DNA from: Gemmatimonadota bacterium
GTDB taxonomy: Bacteria; Gemmatimonadota; Gemmatimonadetes; Palauibacterales; KS3-K002
Direction of reading: 5' to 3'
Assembly: GCA_039586795.1 (NCBI GenBank)
Contig: JBDHJS010000003.1
Location: forward strand, 64,001-128,000
DNA length: 64,000 nt
Translations under genes and position numbers: made by a program
Shown here: piece by piece, positions 27,651-37,215 of the stretch
Position numbering within the stretch: position 1 is the first letter of the stretch
How the letters are laid out: each line of letters opens with the position of its first letter
The notes under the pieces: generated by a model
What the model was told of the DNA's origin: nothing
The model's input: the letters and a program-made list of their open reading frames with translations, nothing else
The model's database searches: none

Positions 27651-28727
27651 TCAAAGGTATTCAGACGCCAGATCGACGAAGGCGATCCCATCCCGCTCGT
27701 CTTCCATCCGGTAAGCCATACAGACGATGCGTTCGCCATCCGGCGACCACTTCCCGTGCACGGCGCGAAATCCGAAGGGCGTTATCGCCACAGCCGGCGG
27801 TGAAGGGCTGGTCGTTGAACCGAGCTTCCGAACGAAAACCGCAGGGCTTCGCACCCGTAGCTGTCTTGGGTGGAGCGTGTGGGAGGGAGCGGGCCGGTCA
27901 CGTACAGATACGAAGGCGATCCGCTTTCCGTCCGGCGACCAGGACGGGTTACGTCCCTGAACCTGGTCCAGCTCGTAAGGGCTCTGTCCCGGGAATTTGA
28001 CCCAGATCCTGTTCTGTCCCGAGTCATATCTTTCACCCGGCCGCTGACCCGCGAACGCGATCGGGTTACCCGCATCCGTGTCGGGCGAAACGCTGCACAT
28101 CCCGACCCATATTTCATCCGGATCGGTGAGGGGCTCGACTTCCCGGCTCTCGAGATAGAATCGAAGCGCGCGCCGCGTCGCGTAGTCGGTGACCGCGATC
28201 GACCGTCCGTCCGGGTACCACGACGGATAGTAGACCTCCCTCAACGGAGGATCGCCGACCGGGATGTGCGTCAGTTCGCTTCCGTCTTCGTTCACCAGCC
28301 ACAGCCCCGCTTCTTCGCCTCGAATTCCCGTGAAGGCGATGCGACCGCTGGCCCGAGACCAGTCTGGCCGTGTGGTGCGGAGGTCCGGCTGCTCTAAGAG
28401 CAGCTTTGGCGCGCCACCGCTGACCGGCATAGTCCACAGGCTCCAACTGCGCAGGTTGGAACTGGGACTCGCCGAGCCACCTCCGACCGGCGCCACCATG
28501 AAGAGCACTCTGTCGCCGGACGGAGAAAAGCACGGTCGTGAATACGAAAAACCCTGATCGGCGGCGATAAACCGGAAAGCGGCGGGTGTGTGTCGCTCCG
28601 CCGCGCGAAGCAAGCCGGGCACCAGAGGGACAGACGCCGCTGCCCCAAGCCCCTTCGCGGCGGTGATTAGAAAGCCGCGACGATCGAGCTTGCGAGATTC
28701 ACCAAAGCTGTGTCGTGTGTCTGGCAT
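27651..28727 (-). CDS. Tat-exported TolB-like (PD40) beta-propeller protein
   Basis: LDRRGFL twin-arginine signal; repeated P.WSPDG.RIAF units. Confidence 0.8.
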   Translation of the reverse strand: MPDTRHSFGESRKLDRRGFLITAAKGLGAAASVPLVPGLLRAAERHTPAAFRFIAADQGFSYSRPCFSPSGDRVLFMVAPVGGGSASPSSNLRSWSLWTMPVSGGAPKLLLEQPDLRTTRPDWSRASGRIAFTGIRGEEAGLWLVNEDGSELTHIPVGDPPLREVYYPSWYPDGRSIAVTDYATRRALRFYLESREVEPLTDPDEIWVGMCSVSPDTDAGNPIAFAGQRPGERYDSGQNRIWVKFPGQSPYELDQVQGRNPSWSPDGKRIAFVSVRDRPAPSHTLHPRQLRVRSPAVFVRKLGSTTSPSPPAVAITPFGFRAVHGKWSPDGERIVCMAYRMEDERDGIAFVDLASEYL

Positions 28728-28856
28728 CCGATCACCAAGCGAAACGACGAACGCGCAGCGAGATAGACTTGCGAGGACCGCATAACGGCTGCCTTATATA
28801 GCGTCACAAAAGAGATTCGCGCAAACGAGTAAGGAGCTATCAGCTCCGCATAGAAC

Positions 28857-29999
28857 ATGACCATAACTGTTGCCTTCGTCGCGCTCTCGGCGCTCGTCAC
28901 CCTGGGGTGGGTCTGGGACATCTCGTGGCAGACGACCATCGGCCAGACCGGTTTCTGGACTCCACCGCATATCACCGTGCTGCTGGCGGGTGTCGGTTTC
29001 GGTGTGCTGTGCGTTCGAGCCGTGAAGAGTTGGAGCGACCGACAACCCGGCGCTCGGCTGTCCCCGGCTTTCGTCGGATCGATTCTGGGAATCTGCGGTG
29101 TTCTGGTGATGCTTGGCGCCGCATTCTACGACTACTGGTGGCACGCCACACAGCTGCCTCAAACCATGGTGCTGATACCGCCGCACAAGATCGGCGCCGG
29201 TGCGATCGTCGCCATCCAGACGAGCGCTGTCCTGATTACCCTCGCTAACCTGAGCGAGGTTCCGGGTCAACAGTCACGATGGGCCACGATCGTCTACGTG
29301 GTGTCCGCCGGGTTGCTGCTGTTTCTGATCGCAACGCTGGCAACGGAGTACGTGGGAAGACCAAATCTCTGGCAAAGCTCCGGGTTCTACAAAGCAAGCG
29401 GGTTGGTTTTTCCCGTGCTTCTGGTTGCTCTCGGGTTGTCACCGCGACTCAAGTGGGGAGCAACGGCTGTTGCCGGGATCTACATGGCGGTCGCGCTACT
29501 GATGATCTGGGTACTGCAACTCATTCCAGCGCAACCGCGTCTCACGCCGGTTCACAACCCGGTGACGCACATGGTGCCGCCACCGTTTCCGTTGCTTCTT
29601 CTGCTCCCAGCTGTCGCCATCGATCTCCTGAAGCAGATCGCTCTGCGATCCCGCTTCCACATCAGCGATTGGGTGCTCGCGGGACTGATCGGCGTGACGT
29701 TCGTTGGGATCATGTGGGTGGCCCACTGGTACTTCGCTGACCTGCTGCTCTCTTCGCTCGGACGCACCTACTTTTTCGCAGCCGACCAGTGGCCCTTCTA
29801 CACCCGCCTCGGACCCTGGCGTTATCAGCAGTGGGTTCTCGACTCAGGTGCCTCCACCTTACTGAAGCGGATCGCCCTCGCCGTGCTGTTTGCCGCCGCA
29901 TCGGCCCGGGTCGGCCTCTGGGTCCGGCGGGCAGCGCTGGCCGCGACCGCCGCCCGGGAAAGCGGCGTCGTCTCAGAGTCGCCCACTGCTGTGTCATAG
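28857..29999 (+). CDS. Polytopic membrane protein with two D-x3-H/Q...PPH motifs
   Basis: About 9-10 hydrophobic segments; WDISWQTTIGQTGFWTPPH and YDYWWHATQLPQTMVLIPPH. Confidence 0.7.
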   Translation: MTITVAFVALSALVTLGWVWDISWQTTIGQTGFWTPPHITVLLAGVGFGVLCVRAVKSWSDRQPGARLSPAFVGSILGICGVLVMLGAAFYDYWWHATQLPQTMVLIPPHKIGAGAIVAIQTSAVLITLANLSEVPGQQSRWATIVYVVSAGLLLFLIATLATEYVGRPNLWQSSGFYKASGLVFPVLLVALGLSPRLKWGATAVAGIYMAVALLMIWVLQLIPAQPRLTPVHNPVTHMVPPPFPLLLLLPAVAIDLLKQIALRSRFHISDWVLAGLIGVTFVGIMWVAHWYFADLLLSSLGRTYFFAADQWPFYTRLGPWRYQQWVLDSGASTLLKRIALAVLFAAASARVGLWVRRAALAATAARESGVVSESPTAVS

Positions 30000-30007
30000 A
30001 TGCAACA
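29990..30007. promoter_or_regulatory. Upstream activator site
   Basis: TGTGTC-ATAGAT-GCAACA, 70 bp upstream of a sigma54 site. Confidence 0.55.
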
Positions 30008-30076
30008 GTATAGACCTACATCCAAGCGCTGGCGCCACTTTCAGGCTGGCCCGGCGGCCCAGGAAACGCCCACAGC

Positions 30077-30092
30077 TGGTCCCGTTATTGCA
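30077..30092 (+). promoter_or_regulatory. Sigma54 promoter for ACP-SDR-ligase-GT4 operon
   Basis: TGGTCCCGTTATTGCA, GG-N10-GC. Confidence 0.65.
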
Positions 30093-30229
30093 CAATTCGT
30101 TGATGGCTAAGGCGTCGTAGGCACGCCTGGCTGGGGGGCGCGATCAGCGCGCCCCCCAAGGGAAACCGTGATGTTATCTACATTTCCGAGAAGCCCGCAC
30201 GCACCATACGCGCATTGCGAGGGAGCCTA

Positions 30230-30526
30230 GTGAGCACTGATATCCTGCAGATCATCGTGAGCTGCACGCGCGAGGTTGGCGAAGAGCAAGAGATCAACCT
30301 ACCCGGCGATCTTGGAAGCGAGACACGTCTCTTCGGCCGCGAGGGGCTGTTCGATTCCGTCGGCCTGGTCAGTTTGGTAGTAGCGGTGGAGGAAGCGATC
30401 GAGGACCAGTTCGGTCAGGCCGTCAGTCTGGCGGATGAGCGAGCGATGTCTCAGTCGAAGAGTCCTTTTCGCTCCATCGGCACACTTGCAGAGTATGCCA
30501 ACGTTCTGATCGCGGAGAGCCAGTGA
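30230..30526 (+). CDS. Acyl carrier protein 3
   Basis: GGGAG then GTG 30230; GLFDSVGLV site; ERAMSQSKSPFRS. Confidence 0.85.
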   Translation: MSTDILQIIVSCTREVGEEQEINLPGDLGSETRLFGREGLFDSVGLVSLVVAVEEAIEDQFGQAVSLADERAMSQSKSPFRSIGTLAEYANVLIAESQ

Positions 30527-31233
30527 GCGAAGATCAAGATTCGCGAGTGACGATCGTCACCGGTACGAGCCGTGGGATCGGCGAGTACCTGGCCAAGCAC
30601 TATCTCGAGCTTGGCCATAACGTCGTGGGTTGCAGCCGCAAGCCGGCGGAGTGGAGACACGAACGCTACACGCATTTCGAAGCGGACGTCGCGGACGAAT
30701 CGCAGGTCAAACGTTTGTTCAGCGAGACGCGGAAGCGTTTCGGCCGGGTGGATCACCTGATCAACAACGCCGGCGTCGCGTCGATGAACCATGCCATGAT
30801 CACTCCTCTGGCAACGGTCCAGGGGATCTTCAACACGAATCTGGTGGGCGCTTTTCTCTTCTCGCGGGAAGCCGCGAAGCAGATGAAGAAGGGTTCGTTC
30901 GGACGGATAGTGAACTTCACCACGGTCGCCGTGCCGTTGAAGCTCGCTGGGGAGGCCGCGTATGCGGCGTCTAAAGCGGCGGTAGAGACGCTCACGCAAG
31001 TACTGGCCAAGGAGTTTGCCGAGTTTGGAATCACGGTCAACGCCGTCGGGCCTACGCCGGTCGAGACGGACTTGATTCGCGCGGTGCCCAAAGAGAAGAT
31101 CGACCACCTGGTATCGCTACAGGCGATTCAGCGACTGGGCACATTCGAGGATGTGGCCAACGTCGTCGACTTCTTTCTCAAGCCCGAGAGTGGAATGATC
31201 ACCGGTCAGACGGTCTATCTCGGTGGTGTGTGA
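30523..31233 (+). CDS. SDR oxidoreductase, FabG-like
   Basis: TGTSRGIG, NNAG, YAASK. Confidence 0.92.
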   Translation: MSEDQDSRVTIVTGTSRGIGEYLAKHYLELGHNVVGCSRKPAEWRHERYTHFEADVADESQVKRLFSETRKRFGRVDHLINNAGVASMNHAMITPLATVQGIFNTNLVGAFLFSREAAKQMKKGSFGRIVNFTTVAVPLKLAGEAAYAASKAAVETLTQVLAKEFAEFGITVNAVGPTPVETDLIRAVPKEKIDHLVSLQAIQRLGTFEDVANVVDFFLKPESGMITGQTVYLGGV

Positions 31234-32570
31234 TGCATATCGATTTCTTGCTGGATGTCTTCAACGAGAACCGCGACAACGACGCCATCATCTGGCGTGA
31301 TGAGACTTACACCTACGGCCAGCTAGTGGAAGCGATCGCCGACTGGGTTGATCGTCTGAAGAAAGAAGGAGTTGAGCCTGGCACCACGGTGAGCCTGGAG
31401 GCGGATTTCTCTCCCAACGCCGTTGCGCTCCTGCTGGCGCTGATCGAGCGGTCGTGTGTCGTGGTTCCGCTCACTTCCTCGGTTGAGGCAAAGAAGCCCG
31501 AGTTTCGATCAATCGCCGAAATCGAGACGATCATCGACGTCGATGCCAACGACAACGCAACGTTCTCGCAGACCGGCGTCGAAGCCACGCATGAGTATCT
31601 GGTCGCCCTGAAGGACAGCTCACGGCCGGGTCTGATCCTCTTCTCGTCCGGCTCGACCGGGGCGTCAAAGGCATCTGTCCACGACTTCGTTCCGCTGCTG
31701 GAGAAGTTCAAGACGAGGCGCCACTCGAAGCGTTCGATCACGTTCTTGCTGTTCGATCACATCGGTGGAGTCAACACGCTGCTCTACAATCTGTCGAACG
31801 CGGGCTGCGTGATTGCTCTTCAGGACCGCGCCCCCGATGCGGTCTTAGCAGCGATCGAGAGACATCGCGGGCAACTGCTCCCGACTTCGCCGACCTTCAT
31901 CAACCTCGTGCTACTCAGCGAGGCCTACAAACGGCACAACATATCGAGCTTGGAGCTGGTGACCTACGGTACGGAGGTCATGCCGGAGAGCACGCTGCAG
32001 CGGTTCCACCAGTTATTCCCTGAGATTCGACTGCTGCAGACGTACGGGCTGTCGGAGGTCGGAATCCTCCGGTCCAAGTCGAAGTCCTCGGATTCGCTCT
32101 GGGTGAAGATAGGCGGCGAAGGATTCGAGACGCGCGTCGTCGATGGCATGCTGGAGATCAAGGCGCAGTCGGCGATGCTGGGCTACCTGAACGCTGAAGA
32201 CCCGTTCACAGAGGACGGCTGGTTCAAGACAGGTGACGCCGTTGAGGTGGACGGCGAGTATTTCAAGATCCTCGGGCGAAAGTCGGAGATCATCAACGTG
32301 GGCGGTGAGAAGGTCTATCCGGCGGAGGTCGAGAGCGTCCTCCAACTGATGGAGGGGGTAGAGGACATTGCCGTTACCGGTGCGCCGAATCCGATCACCG
32401 GTCAGATGGTCACGGCCAGGGTGAAGCTCAGCACGGACGAGTCTCTAGGCGACTTCCGCAAGCGGATGCGCGAGTTCTGTCGCGGCCAACTCGATCGCTA
32501 CAAGATACCGCAGAAGATCACGCTCGTTGACGAGACGATGTACGGCGAGCGGTACAAGAAGATGCGGTGA
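31233..32570 (+). CDS. Adenylate-forming acyl ligase
   Basis: FSSGSTGASK, TYGLSE, WFKTGD, GRKSEIINVGGEKVYP. Confidence 0.9.
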   Translation: MHIDFLLDVFNENRDNDAIIWRDETYTYGQLVEAIADWVDRLKKEGVEPGTTVSLEADFSPNAVALLLALIERSCVVVPLTSSVEAKKPEFRSIAEIETIIDVDANDNATFSQTGVEATHEYLVALKDSSRPGLILFSSGSTGASKASVHDFVPLLEKFKTRRHSKRSITFLLFDHIGGVNTLLYNLSNAGCVIALQDRAPDAVLAAIERHRGQLLPTSPTFINLVLLSEAYKRHNISSLELVTYGTEVMPESTLQRFHQLFPEIRLLQTYGLSEVGILRSKSKSSDSLWVKIGGEGFETRVVDGMLEIKAQSAMLGYLNAEDPFTEDGWFKTGDAVEVDGEYFKILGRKSEIINVGGEKVYPAEVESVLQLMEGVEDIAVTGAPNPITGQMVTARVKLSTDESLGDFRKRMREFCRGQLDRYKIPQKITLVDETMYGERYKKMR

Positions 32571-33754
32571 TCGATTCCACATCGACTAGCTACATAGCCA
32601 GACAGAAAGCACTCGAAATGGTGGACACTCGGTCAGCTCGCAACGTCGTATTCTTGATGAGCGACTTGGGAGGTGGCACGGGCGACCACCTGCTCTCGAT
32701 GTTCAATCGTTGGCGGGATCAGGGATGGGCGGCGCGTATCATCAGCGAGCGCCCGCTCACGTCGCGTTTGACGCCGGAAGTTCCGGTCGACGTCCTGGAA
32801 CGCACCGATTGGTTCGACCGCTACCCGATCACCCAACTGCGACGTGTGCGGCGAATTGGACGACTTCTGGATCAGCACGGCCACGATGTCGTCCACTCCT
32901 ACTTCTACTGGTCGATCATCTACGGCAGAGTCCTCAAGAAGCTCGGAAAGGTCAAATACCTGATCGAGAATCGTGAAGATCAGGGCTACTCATGGAACCG
33001 GCGCGACTATGCAATCCTGCGCGCGGGACGCGCGATACCGGATCGAGTGATTTGCGTGTCGGAGGCGGTGAGGCAGGTCGTCCTCGAGCGCGAGCGAATC
33101 GACCCCGATCGAGTCGTCGTCGTCCACAACGGTATCGAGCCGTTGTCAGATGATGATGTGGGCGACCGCCAGGTCGTGCGAAACGAACTCGGCTTGAGCG
33201 ACAGCGATCTTGTGGTTGGGATGGTGGCCAACCTCAACCGCAAGGTGAAAGGTGTACCCTACTTCATCGACGCGCTGCCGCTCATCCTCGATGCGGTGCC
33301 CACAGCCCGATTCGTGATATTTGGAAAAGGCAAAGAGGAAGCCGCCTTGAAGGAGAAGGCTAGATCTATCGGCGTCGATTCCTCACTTCTCTTCGCCGGG
33401 TTCAAGTCGGACATCGAGCGGTACTACGCAGCCATGGATGTCTCTGTTCTTACGTCACTTACGGAAGGCCTTTCCATCTCGCTCCTGCAATCGATGCAGC
33501 ACGGACTGCCGGTGGTCGTGACCCACGTCGGCGGCAATCCGGAGGTCGTTGTCGATGGTGAGACCGGCTTCCTCGTTCCCGCTCGGGATCCGACCGAGTT
33601 TGCAGAGAAGGTGATCGCGTTGCTGCGCGACGGCGACCTCAGGCACCGGATGGGAGAATCGGGAAGAAGGCGTGTATCAGAGGCCTTCCAGGTGGAGCGG
33701 GCGGCCGATCGTTATCTGGAGATCTACGGAGAAGTGCTGGCGTCTAGTGGCTGA
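32567..33754 (+). CDS. GT4 glycosyltransferase
   Basis: CVSEAV, HNGI, ANLNRKVKG, EGLSISLLQSM. Confidence 0.9.
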   Translation: MIDSTSTSYIARQKALEMVDTRSARNVVFLMSDLGGGTGDHLLSMFNRWRDQGWAARIISERPLTSRLTPEVPVDVLERTDWFDRYPITQLRRVRRIGRLLDQHGHDVVHSYFYWSIIYGRVLKKLGKVKYLIENREDQGYSWNRRDYAILRAGRAIPDRVICVSEAVRQVVLERERIDPDRVVVVHNGIEPLSDDDVGDRQVVRNELGLSDSDLVVGMVANLNRKVKGVPYFIDALPLILDAVPTARFVIFGKGKEEAALKEKARSIGVDSSLLFAGFKSDIERYYAAMDVSVLTSLTEGLSISLLQSMQHGLPVVVTHVGGNPEVVVDGETGFLVPARDPTEFAEKVIALLRDGDLRHRMGESGRRRVSEAFQVERAADRYLEIYGEVLASSG

Positions 33755-33765
33755 TCGCCTGGACT

Positions 33766-35028
33766 TCAAGCGAGCGTATAATCCTCTTCCACCGTCGTGA
33801 GACTGCCGTCGGATACTCGCTCGTGTCTGAGAAGCGCGTCCGCAAAGAACTTCGTCGCCCAATTCAGAATCTGATAGCTTCCGTAGTCTCCGCTGACCGG
33901 AGCGGAGCCCTTGATTCCCCCTCTCGTTCCCGGGCTACTACCCACGGTGTCCTGCGTAGACTTCAGGAAGCGGAGCACCCGGGGCACGGGCTCCAGCCAG
34001 GACCGTTCGCCGGTTATCAAGTAGAGGCGGATCCAAATATTCACGCTCTGCGCTTCACCCGTCAGACAGCTCCAGCTCGCCGCGGGCGACCAATTGGCAT
34101 CGAACCGCCCAGGCATCCATCCATCCTGTCGCACGGCATCGGCGAGCCGTTCGGCGCCGAGACGCGCCGCCGCGATCAGACGATCGTCCTCTAACACGCG
34201 CCCACCCTCGAGCAGGCCGCGGAGTGCATAGGCCAGAGTATGCAGTAGGGGACGCTCGGGGTCGCTCAGGCAACAATCAGGAATCCAGCCATTGGGTCGC
34301 TGCTTTTCGACGACGGTGAGCAGGGCTCGGGCGGCAGCATCGGAGAGCTCGGTTTCTCCGGCGCTCACCCCGCACTCAGCAAGACCCCAGGCCGTCCTGG
34401 CGTTGTACAGCGTGGTATCACCCCGCGCGAACTGTGATGTGCCGCGCCTCCAGTAACCGTCTTCGTCCAGTCGAGAGGCGAGGTAGCGTCCGGCGCGCAA
34501 AGCGGCATCGGCGAATGCTGAGTCGCCCGTCTCCTGATGGGCAGCGAGCCAGCCGAAGAGAACCTGCCCGGTGTTGAACACCGCAGGTGACACCGCCTGC
34601 CCGATCACACCACCCCGCACGGCGCCACTCTCGAGTTGTACGTCTATTTCCCAGCGCGCGGCTCGCTCCGCGCGTTCTTTCAGCGCGGGTCGGGACAGGT
34701 GCCGACCGACCGCGTAGAAGGTCGGAATGATGTAGCCCGTTGTCTCTGGATAGGATGGTTGCCAACCGCTGCGCTTGAACCGCTTGTGCCATTTGAGGGT
34801 GTAGCCGCGCGCGAACCCGCCATCCGGATTCGCGTCCTGCGCACGCTCCAGCCAGCCCAGCGCCTCTTCGAGGTGAGGTCTGTGATCTTCGTGTACCGTG
34901 TAACCGCCCAACCGATCGCGCCAAGCCGCAGCCATCGCCTCTCGACTCAGCAACGGCGATGATCGAAGAGCGTGGAGTTTACCTATCACCTTTCTCTGGA
35001 TCTCCCAATGGCCGCCACGACAGCGCAC
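33766..35028 (-). CDS. (alpha/alpha)-barrel protein, prenyltransferase/squalene-cyclase-repeat-like
   Basis: SYPETTGY, FNTGQV, Q..DG/NG repeats, HTLAY, NWATKF. The start may be GTG 34989. Confidence 0.7.
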   Translation of the reverse strand: MRCRGGHWEIQRKVIGKLHALRSSPLLSREAMAAAWRDRLGGYTVHEDHRPHLEEALGWLERAQDANPDGGFARGYTLKWHKRFKRSGWQPSYPETTGYIIPTFYAVGRHLSRPALKERAERAARWEIDVQLESGAVRGGVIGQAVSPAVFNTGQVLFGWLAAHQETGDSAFADAALRAGRYLASRLDEDGYWRRGTSQFARGDTTLYNARTAWGLAECGVSAGETELSDAAARALLTVVEKQRPNGWIPDCCLSDPERPLLHTLAYALRGLLEGGRVLEDDRLIAAARLGAERLADAVRQDGWMPGRFDANWSPAASWSCLTGEAQSVNIWIRLYLITGERSWLEPVPRVLRFLKSTQDTVGSSPGTRGGIKGSAPVSGDYGSYQILNWATKFFADALLRHERVSDGSLTTVEEDYTLA

Positions 35029-35053
35029 GCGAGACTAAGTTCGTGCGAGCGGC

Positions 35054-36799
35054 TTAGGCGGTAAGAGACGCCGCGTGGTAACCATCCGGCTCCAACGCCG
35101 TCACATGCCCGCCCTCGACGCGATACACGACATCGGCGACTTCGATCATGGCGGGCTGGTGGGATATGGCCAGTATTGTCGCTATACCGCGCAGGTTAGC
35201 CAGCGTCTTGCTGATCGCTGACTCTGTTTTCGGGTCCAACGCCGTAGTCACTTCGTCCAGTACGAGAAGCGCCGGCTTTCTGACCAGCGCTCGAGCAATG
35301 GCGACACGCTGACGCTGCCCACCAGAGAGCTTCGAACCGGCCTCGCCGATGGGTGTGTCCATACCGTCCGTGAGCTGGGAGACGAAATCCCACGCGCCCG
35401 CGGCTTTCAACGCCGACTCGACCTGCTCGCGGGTGATCTCCTTGTCGCCGACCGTGACGTTTTCGAATACACTATCATGAAACAGGAACATCTCCTGCGG
35501 CACATACCCGATCATGTGGCGCCACTTCACCATATCGATATCGCTTAGCGACACCGAGTCGATGAGGACCGAGCCGTTGTCCGGACGCTGAAGCCCGACG
35601 ATTAGATCTGCGATCGTCGTCTTGCCTGCTCCCGAAGGCCCAACCAGAGTGACGAACTGACCTGACTGAATCTCGAGCGATACTTTGTTTAGGACTTCTT
35701 TTTCACCGTACGCGAAGTCCACGGAATCCAGACGCACTGCATCGACGACCGGCGTCGGCTCCCGCGTGCCCAGATTCCTTTCTCGCTCGGCCACTGCCGT
35801 GTCGGTCATTCCCTTGAGCGCGTAGAAGGCGCTTTCACCCACCGCCATCGTCTGGTATTGGGCCTGGCTCTTGTTCACACGGCCAATGAGTCGGTAGAAG
35901 AGGAAGGCCAACACCAGAAGGGATGAGAAGTTCACGCTGAAGGCTTTGATGGCCAGATACAGCCCTCCCGCGAGCATGACAGCGACGATCGGCTCCTGCA
36001 TCGCGATGAGGGACTGTGTGGCAAACACATGTCGGACATGCGCGTCCCTGATGCCCTGCGTCTCCCTTTCCAGCAACGGGCTGACGTGCTTCTCCTGGGC
36101 CATCGCCTTGATCGGCTTTATGCCGTGGAGAGCATCGGTCATCGTGCCGACCAGCGACCTCATCAAAAAAGTCGTGTGCCGCCCGGCCGCGCGACTGATG
36201 TCGACGAATCGACCCAGCAGCAAAGCGATGGCAGCACCCGCGATAACCGCCAGTACGGCAATCTTCCAGGATACCAGGAAGACGATCCCAACGTAGACGG
36301 CGACCTGTATCAAGCCCGCCATCAGGCTGCACGCTTGCCGGTAGGCCGTCGACGCCCTTCGGGCCTCGATGGACGTCGCCGTCGCGAAGTGCCCAGCCGG
36401 TTCACTCGTGAAATACGACCAACGAGCGCTAAGAAGGGCGTCGATCAAGCGAAGCCGCAGGTCCTTGGCAACGTGGGCCTCGGTATAGCCCGCCTGCATC
36501 ATGCCCGCCCACAGGAAGATGCTCTTCAGACTGATGCCGAGGATAACGACAATCATGAGGACCGCGAGGGTCGGCTCGATGCCGAAGAAGCCGAGTACGC
36601 CTCCGACCGCCTGAGCTGGGCCCGACTGGGGGCCCGTCGCGCCCGCATCCGTTGCCAGCTCGAGTATCGGGAAGAGCGTGACCAGGCTGAACCCCTCCGC
36701 CAGCCCGGCAAAGATGAGCAACGGCACCATGATGGCCGTGCGTACGGGATACGCACGTGCAAAGTGGATTATGAAGCGGACGCTATCTTTGTTTAGCAT
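35054..36799 (-). CDS. ABC exporter, fused permease/ATPase (MsbA/PglK-like flippase candidate)
   Basis: N-terminal TM domain, GPSGAGKTT, LSGGQRQR, LVLDE, ISH. Confidence 0.92.
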   Translation of the reverse strand: MLNKDSVRFIIHFARAYPVRTAIMVPLLIFAGLAEGFSLVTLFPILELATDAGATGPQSGPAQAVGGVLGFFGIEPTLAVLMIVVILGISLKSIFLWAGMMQAGYTEAHVAKDLRLRLIDALLSARWSYFTSEPAGHFATATSIEARRASTAYRQACSLMAGLIQVAVYVGIVFLVSWKIAVLAVIAGAAIALLLGRFVDISRAAGRHTTFLMRSLVGTMTDALHGIKPIKAMAQEKHVSPLLERETQGIRDAHVRHVFATQSLIAMQEPIVAVMLAGGLYLAIKAFSVNFSSLLVLAFLFYRLIGRVNKSQAQYQTMAVGESAFYALKGMTDTAVAERERNLGTREPTPVVDAVRLDSVDFAYGEKEVLNKVSLEIQSGQFVTLVGPSGAGKTTIADLIVGLQRPDNGSVLIDSVSLSDIDMVKWRHMIGYVPQEMFLFHDSVFENVTVGDKEITREQVESALKAAGAWDFVSQLTDGMDTPIGEAGSKLSGGQRQRVAIARALVRKPALLVLDEVTTALDPKTESAISKTLANLRGIATILAISHQPAMIEVADVVYRVEGGHVTALEPDGYHAASLTA

Positions 36800-36896
36800 G
36801 TCCTCGCGATCGAAGAAGTCAGGGCAGTTGGGGCACCAGATGGGATACCGGCAGCAGCCCGAAAGTCACGACAGAAACTACGCGCGCAACCCTATC

Positions 36897-36912
36897 TGCA
36901 AGAGCCAGGCCC
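36897..36912 (-). promoter_or_regulatory. Sigma54 promoter for ABC exporter operon
   Basis: GGGCCTGGCTCTTGCA, GG-N10-GC. Confidence 0.6.
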
Positions 36913-36991
36913 CCGTTGGTACCGTATTCTCGTCTCCTTCCAGCCCCAGAGGCACCTGAGGACGCTGTTGTGACACGGCTTCGGCCCCGAG

Positions 36992-37009
36992 TGCTGCATT
37001 GACGCAACA
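36992..37009. promoter_or_regulatory. Upstream activator site
   Basis: TGCTGC-ATTGAC-GCAACA within a longer imperfect inverted repeat; IHF-like TTTCAAtaagTTA at 37066-37078. Confidence 0.6.
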
Positions 37010-37215
37010 CTTCGGGCGATGCGCGGAGGCTCAAGCCAGGCACACTTCTTCCGGAACGTCAACAATTTCAATAAGTTACGCGCCGAGTTCGTCGGCGCTC
37101 CCCACGCCCGCAAGGATCTGGCGTTCTCGTTGATGCGCAGGGCTTTCAGGGCGGCATCCAAGCCCGCGCGAACGCCTTTGATGGCGAAGGCCACAGCTGA
37201 AGGAGCAACTCAGAC

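Noticed and set aside
15151..32570. NRPS/PKS secondary-metabolite cluster
   Set aside because: There are no ketosynthase, condensation or thioesterase domains, and the context is glycan biosynthesis.
33766..35028. Squalene-hopene cyclase
   Set aside because: It is too short and lacks the DxDD catalytic motif.
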